Positions 47,801-55,596 of a stretch of 64,000 nucleotides of DNA are shown piece by piece. The translations under genes were made by a program, and so were the position numbers. The stretch covers positions 27,139 to 91,138 of the forward strand of contig JBJKPC010000010.1 in assembly GCA_046706745.1 (NCBI GenBank), written 5' to 3'. The stretch's first letter is position 1. Each line of letters begins with the position of its first letter. This stretch comes from Candidatus Kryptoniota bacterium. Lineage in GTDB: Bacteria > Bacteroidota > Ignavibacteria > Kryptoniales > JAKASW01. Under the pieces are notes generated by a model. The model was not told the origin of the DNA, did not search any database, and saw nothing but the letters and a program-made list of their open reading frames with translations.

Positions 47801-47955
47801 TTGTAGAAAGTGATTACGGATATTACCGGAATCTGTATATTCGGGAGCATATCGATCGGGAGCTGAAGAAAAGACACGAGCCCCAATACAAAGATTGCGA
47901 TAGACCCCATCAAGGTTGAGATAGGATACTTGAGCGCGAGTCGAGTCAACCACAT
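44821..47955 (-). CDS. RND efflux transporter permease (AcrB/HAE1-like), distal paralog
   Basis: 1044 aa with 12-TM RND topology and two large periplasmic loops. Colinear with the gene at 48183-51311. Confidence 0.9.
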   Translation of the reverse strand: MWLTRLALKYPISTLMGSIAIFVLGLVSFLQLPIDMLPNIQIPVISVITFYNGAAPESMEQSVTVPLERAVSSTNDISYVESRTREGASQIFVYFNWGTNTDVGLVDIIQKINRELELLPPGVSQPIALQFDISNVPVCTVVLSSNLGGRALYNLAYNVIEPQLEHLPGVAQAAVSGGKIREIHVLVNRNKLQALNIPIEDVTSAVANSNLILPSGDLKTGVFDYTLATRTQFNLVEPMENIVVKDVNGDPITIGDIGKVEDSFQEQSEILRVNGRNGVVLRVQKSPNANTVQVVDEVLKELPKLQGVPKSVKTSLAFNQATYIEQSVSGLEQEAIIGALLATIVILLFLRDFKSAIIIFVAIPLSILVTFIFFRFSGNSLNIMTLGGLALGVGRMVDDSIVELENITRHYNLMDTSGLSRIQATLNAALEVAGPIFISTLSTVIVFLPVIFLTGIAKLLFMPLVLTISVALFASFFVSQSVTSLLSFKVIQPEKEVDLRSATQMDKLKLYSKNFFDSIDISYQKFISTSLNHRKAVIFSVLGFSILSLALFKFVGSEFFPSTDESQFTVSVKMPVGTRIGKTVAYVKEVEALIRKNVPETKTIISDIGVPSEKSGNLFSRNPGEYAGNINVQLVSASKRSRSEDQIMNSLRPKLMALPGAKIYLAPGGFLHFLLNFGSNAPIDVEIMGYNLTTGMHLAHEVDNIVRSTPGATDTQISMDADMPELNVIVNRKKAGALGVNVADVANTVTTAIDGTVASQFTSPRTGNEYNILVRLEKSDRDNISDLGKLTVPSSSGQLIQLGNIAKVVMTKTPVEIDRKYQQRIIDVTANVTGRDLGSVAASIQRRLDVLHVPSGFQIKQSGNIQQQKSTFSSLLVALLLAVVMVYMVMASQFQSLVDPFIIMFSVPLGLVGVVWALFLTNTDLSVTSFEGVIVMIGIVVSNGILLVDYINRLRKRGMELHESVILGGRTRLRPILMTSIATVIGLIPMAIGIGGDRSQAPLAIAVIGGLTVSTFLTLIFVPTLYTIFEEKFKRELKQDEDLR

Positions 47956-48182
47956 GAGATCACCTCGACCTCTTCGACCACCCGTAACCCTGACTCGATT
48001 GTCAAACCGACTGCGGCTTCACTTATTTGATAGTTCATCGTTATCTCTTTTCTTTCTTGCGGCACGGGGAAGTCGCCGAAAATCCGTGCAACAAGTTACA
48101 TCAAGTTATATCCGCAAATCTATCTCGTCCTAAAATGACTCCTTCGTAAAACTGAAAGATGGATCACACATGAAGCTTCTCA

Positions 48183-51100
48183 TCAGGCTTCGTCCTGTTT
48201 TATCTCCCTCTTGAATCTCTCTTCGAATATTGTGTAAAGAGTCGGCACGAAAATCAATGTCAGAAATGTCGACACGGTGAGGCCGCCGATGACCGCAATG
48301 GCGAGAGGTGCCTGGGACCTGTCTCCGCCCATGCCGAATGCCATAGGGAGCAGTCCCAGAACCGTGGCAAGTGAAGTCATAAGTATGGGCCGAAGCCTTG
48401 TTCTGCCGCCGAGCGTTACCGCTTCATGAAGCTCGACTCCTTGTTTTCTTAAGCGGTTGATATAGTCGATCAGGAGTATTCCGTTGGATACTACGATACC
48501 CACCATCACTATCACTCCCTCGAACGACGTGACTGACAGGGTCGTGTTGGTGAGAAAGAGTGCCCAAACCACTCCTGCTAGACCGAGCGGAACTGTGAAC
48601 ATTATTATAAACGGATCGACTAGGGACTGGAATTGCGAAGCCATCACCATGTACACCATCACGATGGCAAGAATAAGGGCAAGGAGAAGCGATCGAAACG
48701 TACTTCTCTGCTGTTCGATGTTGCCGCTCTGCACGACCTGGAACCCTGTCGGAACCTTGAGTCCATCCAACTTCGATTGTATATCCGAGGATACGCTGCC
48801 GAGATCTCTTCCGGTCACGTTTGCCGTCACATCAATGATCCTTTGTTGATACTTCCTGTCGATCTCGACTGGCGTATTGCTCATGACCACCTGAGCAATA
48901 TTGCCCAGTTTGACGAGCTGACCGGAAGAACTGGGAACAGTCAGCTGACCGACATCGCTGATCCTGTTACGATCAGTTGAATCAAGCCGCACAAGGATAT
49001 TATACTGGTTCCCGCTTTGTGGATCGGTAAACTGCGAGGCGACGGCGCCGTCGATTGCAGTAGCGACGGTATTGGCAACATCGGCGACGTTGACCCCCAA
49101 CGCTCCGGCCTTGTCACGGTTGACAATTACTTTCAGCTGGGGCATGTTGGGATCCATGCTTATCTGTGCGTCGGTTGCTCCCGGCGTGGTCCTCACCATG
49201 TCCAGAACCTGATGTGCGAGATTCATTCCTGTCTGGAGATTGTATCCCATTATCTCGACGTCGATGGGAGCGTTTGAACCGAAGTTCATTAAGAAATGCA
49301 TGAAACCGCCCGGAGTCAGGAAAACACTCACTCCCGGGATCGACATCAGCCGCGGACGGACAGCATTCATTATCTGGTCCTGGGATCGCTGTCTGTAAGC
49401 GGCATCAACGAGCTGTACCTGCAGGTTCGCCGCGTACGTCCCTGAGTTCCGGCTGAACAGACTTCCGCTCTTCGCGTTGGGCACGCCTATGTCAGCGATA
49501 ATCTTCGAAGTCTCCGGAGCATATTTCCATATTATCTGTTCGACTTTATGGACGGCCTTTTCCGTCTCTTCGATCCGAGCCCCGACGGGAAGTTTAACGC
49601 TTACCGAGAATTGGCCTTCGTCGCTGTTGGGGAAAAATTCAGTTCCGATGAACTTGAACAGCAAGAAAGACAACAGGGCGAATCCAGCGACCCCAAAGAC
49701 AACCTCTTTCTTGTGTCTGAGGGATGTCCCTATCAGCCTTTGATAACCGGCGTCGAGGCCGTCGAAGAAGTCCTTGGACCTCACTTTTACCCTGTCGAAG
49801 AATCTGACGGAGTTCGGATCGATTTCCTCCTCCGGCTTCAAAATCCGGTTACAGAGCAGGGGAGTCACGGTACGAGATACGAAAAAAGATCCGAATAGCG
49901 CTACGGTGATCGTAAGTACGAGCGGCAGGAAGAGAAGCTGTGCGATGCCGGAAAGGAAGATCACCGGCAGAAAAACGATTACCGTGGACAGGGTAGAGAT
50001 AAAAATTGGACCGGCTACCTCAAGCGCCGCATCGAGAGTCGCCTGCATCTTACTCACTCCGGTCGTACCCATTAGGCCGAAGTGACGGGTAATGTTTTCC
50101 AGCTCCACAATCGAATCGTCCACCATTCGTCCTACACCGAGCGCCAATCCCCCCAAGGTCATGATATTGAGTGAATTCCCGCTGAACCTGAAAAAGATGA
50201 ACGCGACGAGAATGGAAAGCGGAATCGCAATGAAGACAACCACGGCACTCCTGAAATCTCTCAGGAAAATAAGAATGACAATCGTTGCGAGAAGCGCGCC
50301 GAGAGCGGCCTCCTGCTCCAGCCCGCTGATAGACTGTTTGATATACTTGCTCTGATCGAAGGCGAGCGACGATTTTACGGACGCGGGAACCCCTTGAAGC
50401 TTCGGGAGCTCGTTCATCACTTCCTTCACGACCTGTACGGTATTTGCATCGGGAGACTTCTGAATTCTCAGAACTACACCATTTTTTCCGTCGACGCTGA
50501 GCACCTCCGTCTGTTCCTGATGCGAGTCTTCAACCCTGCCGATGTCCCTGATTCGCACCGGGTGACCGTTGACCACCTTCACCACGATGTTCTCCATCGG
50601 CTTCACAAGGCTGAACTGACTCTCGGTTGTCAAAGAATAATCATACATCCCAGTTTTCAAATCTCCGGACGGGAGAATGAGATTTGAATTTGCAACTGCC
50701 TGGGTTACTGCTTCGATGGGGATATCGAGCGCTTCCAGCTTGCTCCTGTTGATGATGAGGTGAATCTCTCTCACTTGACCGCCCGAAACGGCAGCCTGGG
50801 CGACACCGGGAAGATGCTCGATCTGAGGCTCTATTACGTTGTAAGCCAGGTCGTATAAGTCCCGTGGATCCATATTACTGCTGAGCACGACGGTACAAAC
50901 AGGCATGTTGCTTATATCGAACTGCAGGGCGACCGGCTGGGAGACACCCGGGGGCAGAAGTTCGAGAGCCCGATTGACTTTCTGAATGATATCAACCAGG
51001 CCGACGTCCGTGTTCGTACCCCAGTTAAAATAGACCATTATCTGTGACATACCCTCGCGCGTGCGGGATTGAACATAACTGATGTCGTTTGTACTGCTGA

Positions 51101-51311
51101 CGGCACGCTCAAGGGGAACCGTCACCGACTGTTCCATATCGGTTGGAGCCGCTCCGTTGTAAAACGTTATCACGGACACGACAGGTATCTGGATGTTCGG
51201 CAGCATATCAATGGGAAGCTGCAGAAAGGATACCAGGCCGAGGACAAATATCGCTATCGACCCCATCAACGTCGAGATGGGGTACTTAAGAGCTAGTCTT
51301 GTTAACCACAT
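48183..51311 (-). CDS. RND efflux transporter permease (AcrB/HAE1-like), proximal paralog
   Basis: 1042 aa. Its first 44 residues are identical to those of the downstream paralog. Follows the adaptor gene by 3 nt. Confidence 0.9.
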   Translation of the reverse strand: MWLTRLALKYPISTLMGSIAIFVLGLVSFLQLPIDMLPNIQIPVVSVITFYNGAAPTDMEQSVTVPLERAVSSTNDISYVQSRTREGMSQIMVYFNWGTNTDVGLVDIIQKVNRALELLPPGVSQPVALQFDISNMPVCTVVLSSNMDPRDLYDLAYNVIEPQIEHLPGVAQAAVSGGQVREIHLIINRSKLEALDIPIEAVTQAVANSNLILPSGDLKTGMYDYSLTTESQFSLVKPMENIVVKVVNGHPVRIRDIGRVEDSHQEQTEVLSVDGKNGVVLRIQKSPDANTVQVVKEVMNELPKLQGVPASVKSSLAFDQSKYIKQSISGLEQEAALGALLATIVILIFLRDFRSAVVVFIAIPLSILVAFIFFRFSGNSLNIMTLGGLALGVGRMVDDSIVELENITRHFGLMGTTGVSKMQATLDAALEVAGPIFISTLSTVIVFLPVIFLSGIAQLLFLPLVLTITVALFGSFFVSRTVTPLLCNRILKPEEEIDPNSVRFFDRVKVRSKDFFDGLDAGYQRLIGTSLRHKKEVVFGVAGFALLSFLLFKFIGTEFFPNSDEGQFSVSVKLPVGARIEETEKAVHKVEQIIWKYAPETSKIIADIGVPNAKSGSLFSRNSGTYAANLQVQLVDAAYRQRSQDQIMNAVRPRLMSIPGVSVFLTPGGFMHFLMNFGSNAPIDVEIMGYNLQTGMNLAHQVLDMVRTTPGATDAQISMDPNMPQLKVIVNRDKAGALGVNVADVANTVATAIDGAVASQFTDPQSGNQYNILVRLDSTDRNRISDVGQLTVPSSSGQLVKLGNIAQVVMSNTPVEIDRKYQQRIIDVTANVTGRDLGSVSSDIQSKLDGLKVPTGFQVVQSGNIEQQRSTFRSLLLALILAIVMVYMVMASQFQSLVDPFIIMFTVPLGLAGVVWALFLTNTTLSVTSFEGVIVMVGIVVSNGILLIDYINRLRKQGVELHEAVTLGGRTRLRPILMTSLATVLGLLPMAFGMGGDRSQAPLAIAVIGGLTVSTFLTLIFVPTLYTIFEERFKREIKQDEA

Positions 51312-51314
51312 AGA

Positions 51315-52430
51315 TTACTTTGCCACCCTGACTTTCATTCCGTCATGTACCAAGTTGTACCCCACAAAGACTACCTGATCGTTCTCGTTCAATCCGGAGA
51401 GAATCTGGTCGCGGTTATCGTGGGTGACTCCTATCTTGACGTAGTTTTTGTGCACAACATCGCCCTGACCGAGCGTATAAACATAGCTTCCCGAATCATC
51501 GTCCATCAAAACCTGAGTCGGTAGTATAATCGTATTAGTTTCTCTGTCGAAGATCAGGTCGACGGTCGCAAACATGCCCGGTTTTAGAAGGTCCTGCGGA
51601 TTGTCGATGTCTACCTCGACCGGCATCGTACGCGTCGAAAGATCAAGTTGTTGACTGATCCTCGTTATCTTTCCGTGGAATACCTTATCAGGGTACGCAT
51701 CGACGACAGTCTGAACGTCCTCGACTTTGGGAAGGAGCGGAATATCCTCCTCAAGAACGTCAACCATGACTTTGACCTTGGAGATGTCCGCAAGATAAAA
51801 GAGGGTTGAACTCGATGCATTGGTTGAAGCAGTCACATACGTACCCGGGTCAAAGAATCGCCTGGTAATGAAACCAGTGAAGGGAGCGTCCACACGACAA
51901 TAGCTTAATTGGACCTGAGCATTCTTGAGACTTGCCGCGGCAGCCTCTTCCTGTGCCAGAGCAACTTTGTATGCCGTCTCCGCGTTGTCCAGGTCCTGGG
52001 CCGCAATAAGATTCTGTTCAAGCAGACTCTTGTCACGCTGATATGTCAGCTTCGCGTTGGCAAGCGTCGCGTTTGCCTGTAGGAACGTAGCTCTGGCTTG
52101 CCGGGCATTTTCTGAATATACGGTTGTATCTATCAGCGCCAGCAATTGTCCCCTTCGGACAAAATCGCCGATGTCCACATACTCCCGCTCGATATTTCCG
52201 TTAACTCTCGGAAATATATTTGATTCCTGTATAGCCGCTACGTTGCCCGTGAACGATAACGATTTCGAGATATCCCCGATCTCAGGTTTTTCCACCTGTA
52301 CGGTTGGAACGGGCCTAGAGACTTTGGTGTCCTCGGCCGCATTAGCCTTGATCCTGAAATAAACGAGGAGCGCCAGCAGAACAACTATGCCCGCCGAAAA
52401 CATGTATACCCGCTTTTGATTCTTGCTCAT
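51315..52430 (-). CDS. RND efflux periplasmic adaptor (membrane fusion protein)
   Basis: 371 aa. N-terminal TM anchor, coiled-coil hairpin and beta-barrel pattern typical of HlyD/AcrA-family adaptors. Confidence 0.88.
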   Translation of the reverse strand: MSKNQKRVYMFSAGIVVLLALLVYFRIKANAAEDTKVSRPVPTVQVEKPEIGDISKSLSFTGNVAAIQESNIFPRVNGNIEREYVDIGDFVRRGQLLALIDTTVYSENARQARATFLQANATLANAKLTYQRDKSLLEQNLIAAQDLDNAETAYKVALAQEEAAAASLKNAQVQLSYCRVDAPFTGFITRRFFDPGTYVTASTNASSSTLFYLADISKVKVMVDVLEEDIPLLPKVEDVQTVVDAYPDKVFHGKITRISQQLDLSTRTMPVEVDIDNPQDLLKPGMFATVDLIFDRETNTIILPTQVLMDDDSGSYVYTLGQGDVVHKNYVKIGVTHDNRDQILSGLNENDQVVFVGYNLVHDGMKVRVAK

Positions 52431-52438
52431 TTAACTTC

Positions 52439-52798
52439 CTATTTCTTGTCGTTGTCCCCCCGCATCTTTCTATCGAGTGCGTCGAGTTTCTTTTGTTGCT
52501 GCGGACTTAAGATTGACCTTATCATGGCCTGCGTAGAGTCCGCCTGGCTCTTCATCGCGGCCCCGAAAGTCCTTCTGATTGCCTGAAACTTCGGATGTAC
52601 GAATGTTATAATGGAATCGAGTTGATGCTGCTGCCTCGCCGAAAGACCCAGTTGCTGCGTCATGAAGCCGACAAATCTCGATTTGCCGAAACGCGACTCG
52701 TTCGGCTGCACTACAAGCCTGTCAATCGCAAATCCTCCGACGCCGCCGATGACCAGAGAAATGACGATGGATATCAGAAGAGTTCTTTTCGTGATCAC
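52439..52798 (-). CDS. membrane-anchored periplasmic Spy/CpxP-family-like protein
   Basis: 119 aa. N-terminal TM, then two LTxxQ-like motifs (LSARQQHQLD and LSPQQQKKLD) in a helical basic protein. Confidence 0.6.
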   Translation of the reverse strand: MITKRTLLISIVISLVIGGVGGFAIDRLVVQPNESRFGKSRFVGFMTQQLGLSARQQHQLDSIITFVHPKFQAIRRTFGAAMKSQADSTQAMIRSILSPQQQKKLDALDRKMRGDNDKK

Positions 52799-53244
52799 TA
52801 TCTGTTCCTCACTACAAGTTCGAGAACCTGATCGTTGGATATATTAGTCTGTTCGAGTGAGCTCCGCTCGATCCGGTCGAGCCTTCCGGCCATTTCTATG
52901 GGAGTGACCTTCGGTCTTCCGAACAATTGAATGCCCAAAAGGACCAGAACCAGAAGCGTCGCAAAGCTTATGACTATATCCTCGAGGGCAGTACGAATTT
53001 CTCTGACAGAGTCTCTCTTACGCCAATCCCTTAAATCCCTGACTACAGAATAGTCGAAACGCTCATCGAGAGAAACAGTGAATGAACTGGTCAGGGAATC
53101 TCTCAGATTTCCGAGGGCCCTGACCTCTTGTTTGCACCGAGAACAGGAGCCAAGATGCGTTTCAAACTCTGTCAACTTGTGCCCCTGCATTTCGCCGTGG
53201 ACATAGGCATCGATGTCATCGGAATGGTCGCAGCTATTTTCCAT
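52798..53244 (-). CDS. anti-sigma factor (zf-HC2 type, single TM)
   Basis: 148 aa. HLGSCSRCKQEV matches the H-x3-C-x2-C zinc motif. One TM helix (IVISFATLLVLVLLGIQLF). Overlaps the sigma gene by 11 nt. Confidence 0.8.
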   Translation of the reverse strand: MENSCDHSDDIDAYVHGEMQGHKLTEFETHLGSCSRCKQEVRALGNLRDSLTSSFTVSLDERFDYSVVRDLRDWRKRDSVREIRTALEDIVISFATLLVLVLLGIQLFGRPKVTPIEMAGRLDRIERSSLEQTNISNDQVLELVVRNR

Positions 53245-53878
53245 AGTTCAGCCTCGCAGTTAGTTTTTCGCGAAGTACCTGACGCGCACGAAAGACTCTT
53301 GTCTTTGCGGTACCTACACTTATCTTGAGGACTTTCGCAATCTCGTTGTAGCTCAGCCCGTCAATCTCGCGCATGGTGACAGCCATACGCAGTATAGGAG
53401 GAAGGTCTTCCATTTCTTCCCTCACTATTGCAACCGTTTCTCCGGCATCGAATATATTAACCGGGTCGCTCGACGAGCCTGTTTCAATTTGATCCTGAAA
53501 ATTATAATTGTCATCTCTGCTGAAGACTTCTGTGAAATTGAATATTCGTTTTATCTGCTTTCGCCGTATCTCGTCTCTGCACAGGTTGACCGTTATCCTG
53601 ATCAAATAAGTGTAGAATGACGAGTCTCTCCTGTATTGTCTTATAGAGTTGAACGCACGCATGAAGGCTTCGTGCGAAACATCTTCCACATAGTCTCTGC
53701 CGAGAATCGAATAAACCGTCGCAGCGATCTTTCCCTTGTAGAGTCTGATGATCTCGGAAAACGCCGATTCATCTCCCGAAAGAGCGCGGTCAATGAGTGC
53801 ATTTTCCCTGATCCTCTTATCATCCGGCTTCGAATCATTAGACGAGTCCGAGGTGCTGCGGTTCAGTTTATCAGCCAT
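53234..53878 (-). CDS. ECF-type RNA polymerase sigma-70 family factor
   Basis: Region 2 (ESAFSEIIRLYKGKIAATVYSILGRDYVEDVSHEAFMRAF) and region 4 (REIDGLSYNEIAKVLKISVGTAKTRVFRARQ). I prefer ATG 53878 over the listed TTG at 53905. Confidence 0.85.
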   Translation of the reverse strand: MADKLNRSTSDSSNDSKPDDKRIRENALIDRALSGDESAFSEIIRLYKGKIAATVYSILGRDYVEDVSHEAFMRAFNSIRQYRRDSSFYTYLIRITVNLCRDEIRRKQIKRIFNFTEVFSRDDNYNFQDQIETGSSSDPVNIFDAGETVAIVREEMEDLPPILRMAVTMREIDGLSYNEIAKVLKISVGTAKTRVFRARQVLREKLTARLNYGK

Positions 53879-53888
53879 AATTTTTGTA

Positions 53889-53917
53889 TTGATAATTTTG
53901 TTCAATGCCGATAAATT
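53889..53917 (+). promoter_or_regulatory. sigma70-type promoter TTGATA-17-TAAATT for the ABC operon
   Basis: Lies within the 49-bp divergent spacer. The -10 ends 10 nt before the ABC ATG, implying a leaderless or very short-leader transcript. Confidence 0.35.
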
Positions 53918-53927
53918 TGCAAACGTT

Positions 53928-54893
53928 ATGGGATTAGAGGTTAGAGGAGTTCAGAAGCTGTTCGGCTCAAAAACAGCTGTGGATGGAATTTCGTTCCAGA
54001 TAAACGATCCGAGCGTCGTCGGCTTTCTCGGGCCGAACGGAGCAGGGAAGACTACTACGATGAGGATTATAACCGGCTATCTGGCGCCGAGCGGGGGTGA
54101 AGTCCTAATCGATGGCCGGCCGGTAGGTCCGCAGAGTGTCTCGATGCGGGCGAAGATAGGATACCTTCCCGAAAGCAACCCCCTCTACACCGAACTGGAA
54201 GTCCATGAATACCTGAAATTCGCGGCGCAGTTGTCGGGGCTGGACGCGCGCGCGACGACCAAGCGTCTCGAGTTCGTGGTCGAGAGATGCGGACTGCGCG
54301 AAGTGTTGTACGATCCGATATACAGGCTGTCAAAAGGGTACAAACAGCGTGTCGGCCTCGCGCAGGCAATCATACACGACCCGGAGATACTTATACTCGA
54401 CGAGCCGACTTCGGGTCTTGATCCAAACCAGGTTATAGGAATACGAGATTTAATATCCGAGCTCGCCAGGGAGAAATTCGTGGTCCTTTCCACCCACATT
54501 CTCTCGGAAGTGCAGGCGCTGTGTGACAGGGTGCTCATTATCAACAGGGGCAAGTTGGCGCTTGATGCCACCGCAGAACAGCTGCAACACAGCGGGACGG
54601 GATCGATTTCGGTGGTGGTCAAAACTACGATGGCCGAGGGCCAGGTCGCGGAAATCTTTACCAAGGCTTTGGATCCTTCGCGATGCACCACAAAGAGAAG
54701 CGATGGCACCGTCTCTCTTCAACTTGCCCTGAAAGACAGCGACGAGTTGCGTGAACGAGTCTTCGACGTATGCGTATCGAACAATTTCAAGATGCTGGGG
54801 CTGAGTAACTCGGGGTCGGACCTCGAGAATATATTCAGAGAATTAACCTTAGGTGCAGATGAAACAGGACAGCAGCAGCAACAGCAGCAGTAG
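53928..54893 (+). CDS. ABC transporter ATP-binding protein (GldA-like ABC-2 exporter ATPase) with C-terminal poly-Q tail
   Basis: From ATG 53928: Walker A GPNGAGKTT, signature LSKGYKQRV, Walker B ILILDEPTSGLD. Ends in seven glutamines. Confidence 0.88.
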   Translation: MGLEVRGVQKLFGSKTAVDGISFQINDPSVVGFLGPNGAGKTTTMRIITGYLAPSGGEVLIDGRPVGPQSVSMRAKIGYLPESNPLYTELEVHEYLKFAAQLSGLDARATTKRLEFVVERCGLREVLYDPIYRLSKGYKQRVGLAQAIIHDPEILILDEPTSGLDPNQVIGIRDLISELAREKFVVLSTHILSEVQALCDRVLIINRGKLALDATAEQLQHSGTGSISVVVKTTMAEGQVAEIFTKALDPSRCTTKRSDGTVSLQLALKDSDELRERVFDVCVSNNFKMLGLSNSGSDLENIFRELTLGADETGQQQQQQQ

Positions 54894-55596
54894 CAGTCTA
54901 AAAGTTCTTCTCAAGAAAGAAATTCTCATTTCTTTGAAAACTCCGTCCGCGTACGTGGTGATCATAGTCTTTCTCCTAATCTCGGGCTATATGTTCGCTG
55001 ACGGCCTTTACCTCTCAGACGTAGCCACACTCCGCCCCTTTTTCACTCTTACAAGCATTCTGTTTCTGTTTTTTATTCCAGCATTGACTATGAGATCCTT
55101 TTCGGAAGAGTTCAGAAACGGGACCCTGGAAGTGCTAGTTACTCATCCGGTGAGCCGGACAAGGCTTATCGCAGCAAAACTCCTGTCGAGTTACTTGATC
55201 GTGGTCGCGTCTCTTGCTCCGACAATCTTCTATTACATAATAGTTGCAAGTCTTGGTAATATCGACCCTGGAACCGCGTTCGCCGGATATCTCGGCCTCT
55301 TATTCCTGGCAGCGGGATACGTTTCCGCAGGGGTGTTCGCTTCGAGCTTGACTCAGAACCAGGTTGTTTCTTTTATCATCGCACTTTTTGTGCTTTTCAT
55401 CTTTTTCATTCTAGACAAAGTCACTGCGCTGACGACAGGGTCGGTGGCATACATACTTCAGTATGCGAGCTCCGATTTCCATCTGGCGAATTTCTACAAG
55501 GGCGCAATCGATTTCAGAGACGTCGTATACTTCCTCGGCGTTACGCTCTTCTTTTCCAGCATGACGTCAAAGTGGCTGGAGCTCAAGTTCAAATGA
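54859..55596 (+). CDS. ABC-2 type transporter permease (GldF-like)
   Basis: Six hydrophobic helices, directly coupled to the ATPase gene. The start is ambiguous between GTG 54853 and ATG 54859. Confidence 0.8.
   Translation: MKQDSSSNSSSSSLKVLLKKEILISLKTPSAYVVIIVFLLISGYMFADGLYLSDVATLRPFFTLTSILFLFFIPALTMRSFSEEFRNGTLEVLVTHPVSRTRLIAAKLLSSYLIVVASLAPTIFYYIIVASLGNIDPGTAFAGYLGLLFLAAGYVSAGVFASSLTQNQVVSFIIALFVLFIFFILDKVTALTTGSVAYILQYASSDFHLANFYKGAIDFRDVVYFLGVTLFFSSMTSKWLELKFK
54870..54896. repeat. CAG/CAA trinucleotide tract spanning the ATPase/permease overlap
   Basis: cagcagcagcaacagcagcagtagcag. It reads as Q7-stop in the ATPase frame and as SSSNSSSSS in the overlapping permease frame. Confidence 0.9.

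Noticed and set aside
44821-51311. RND duplication as an assembly artefact or very recent duplication
   Set aside because: The copies differ at many synonymous sites even where the proteins are identical, and a unique 227-bp spacer separates them.
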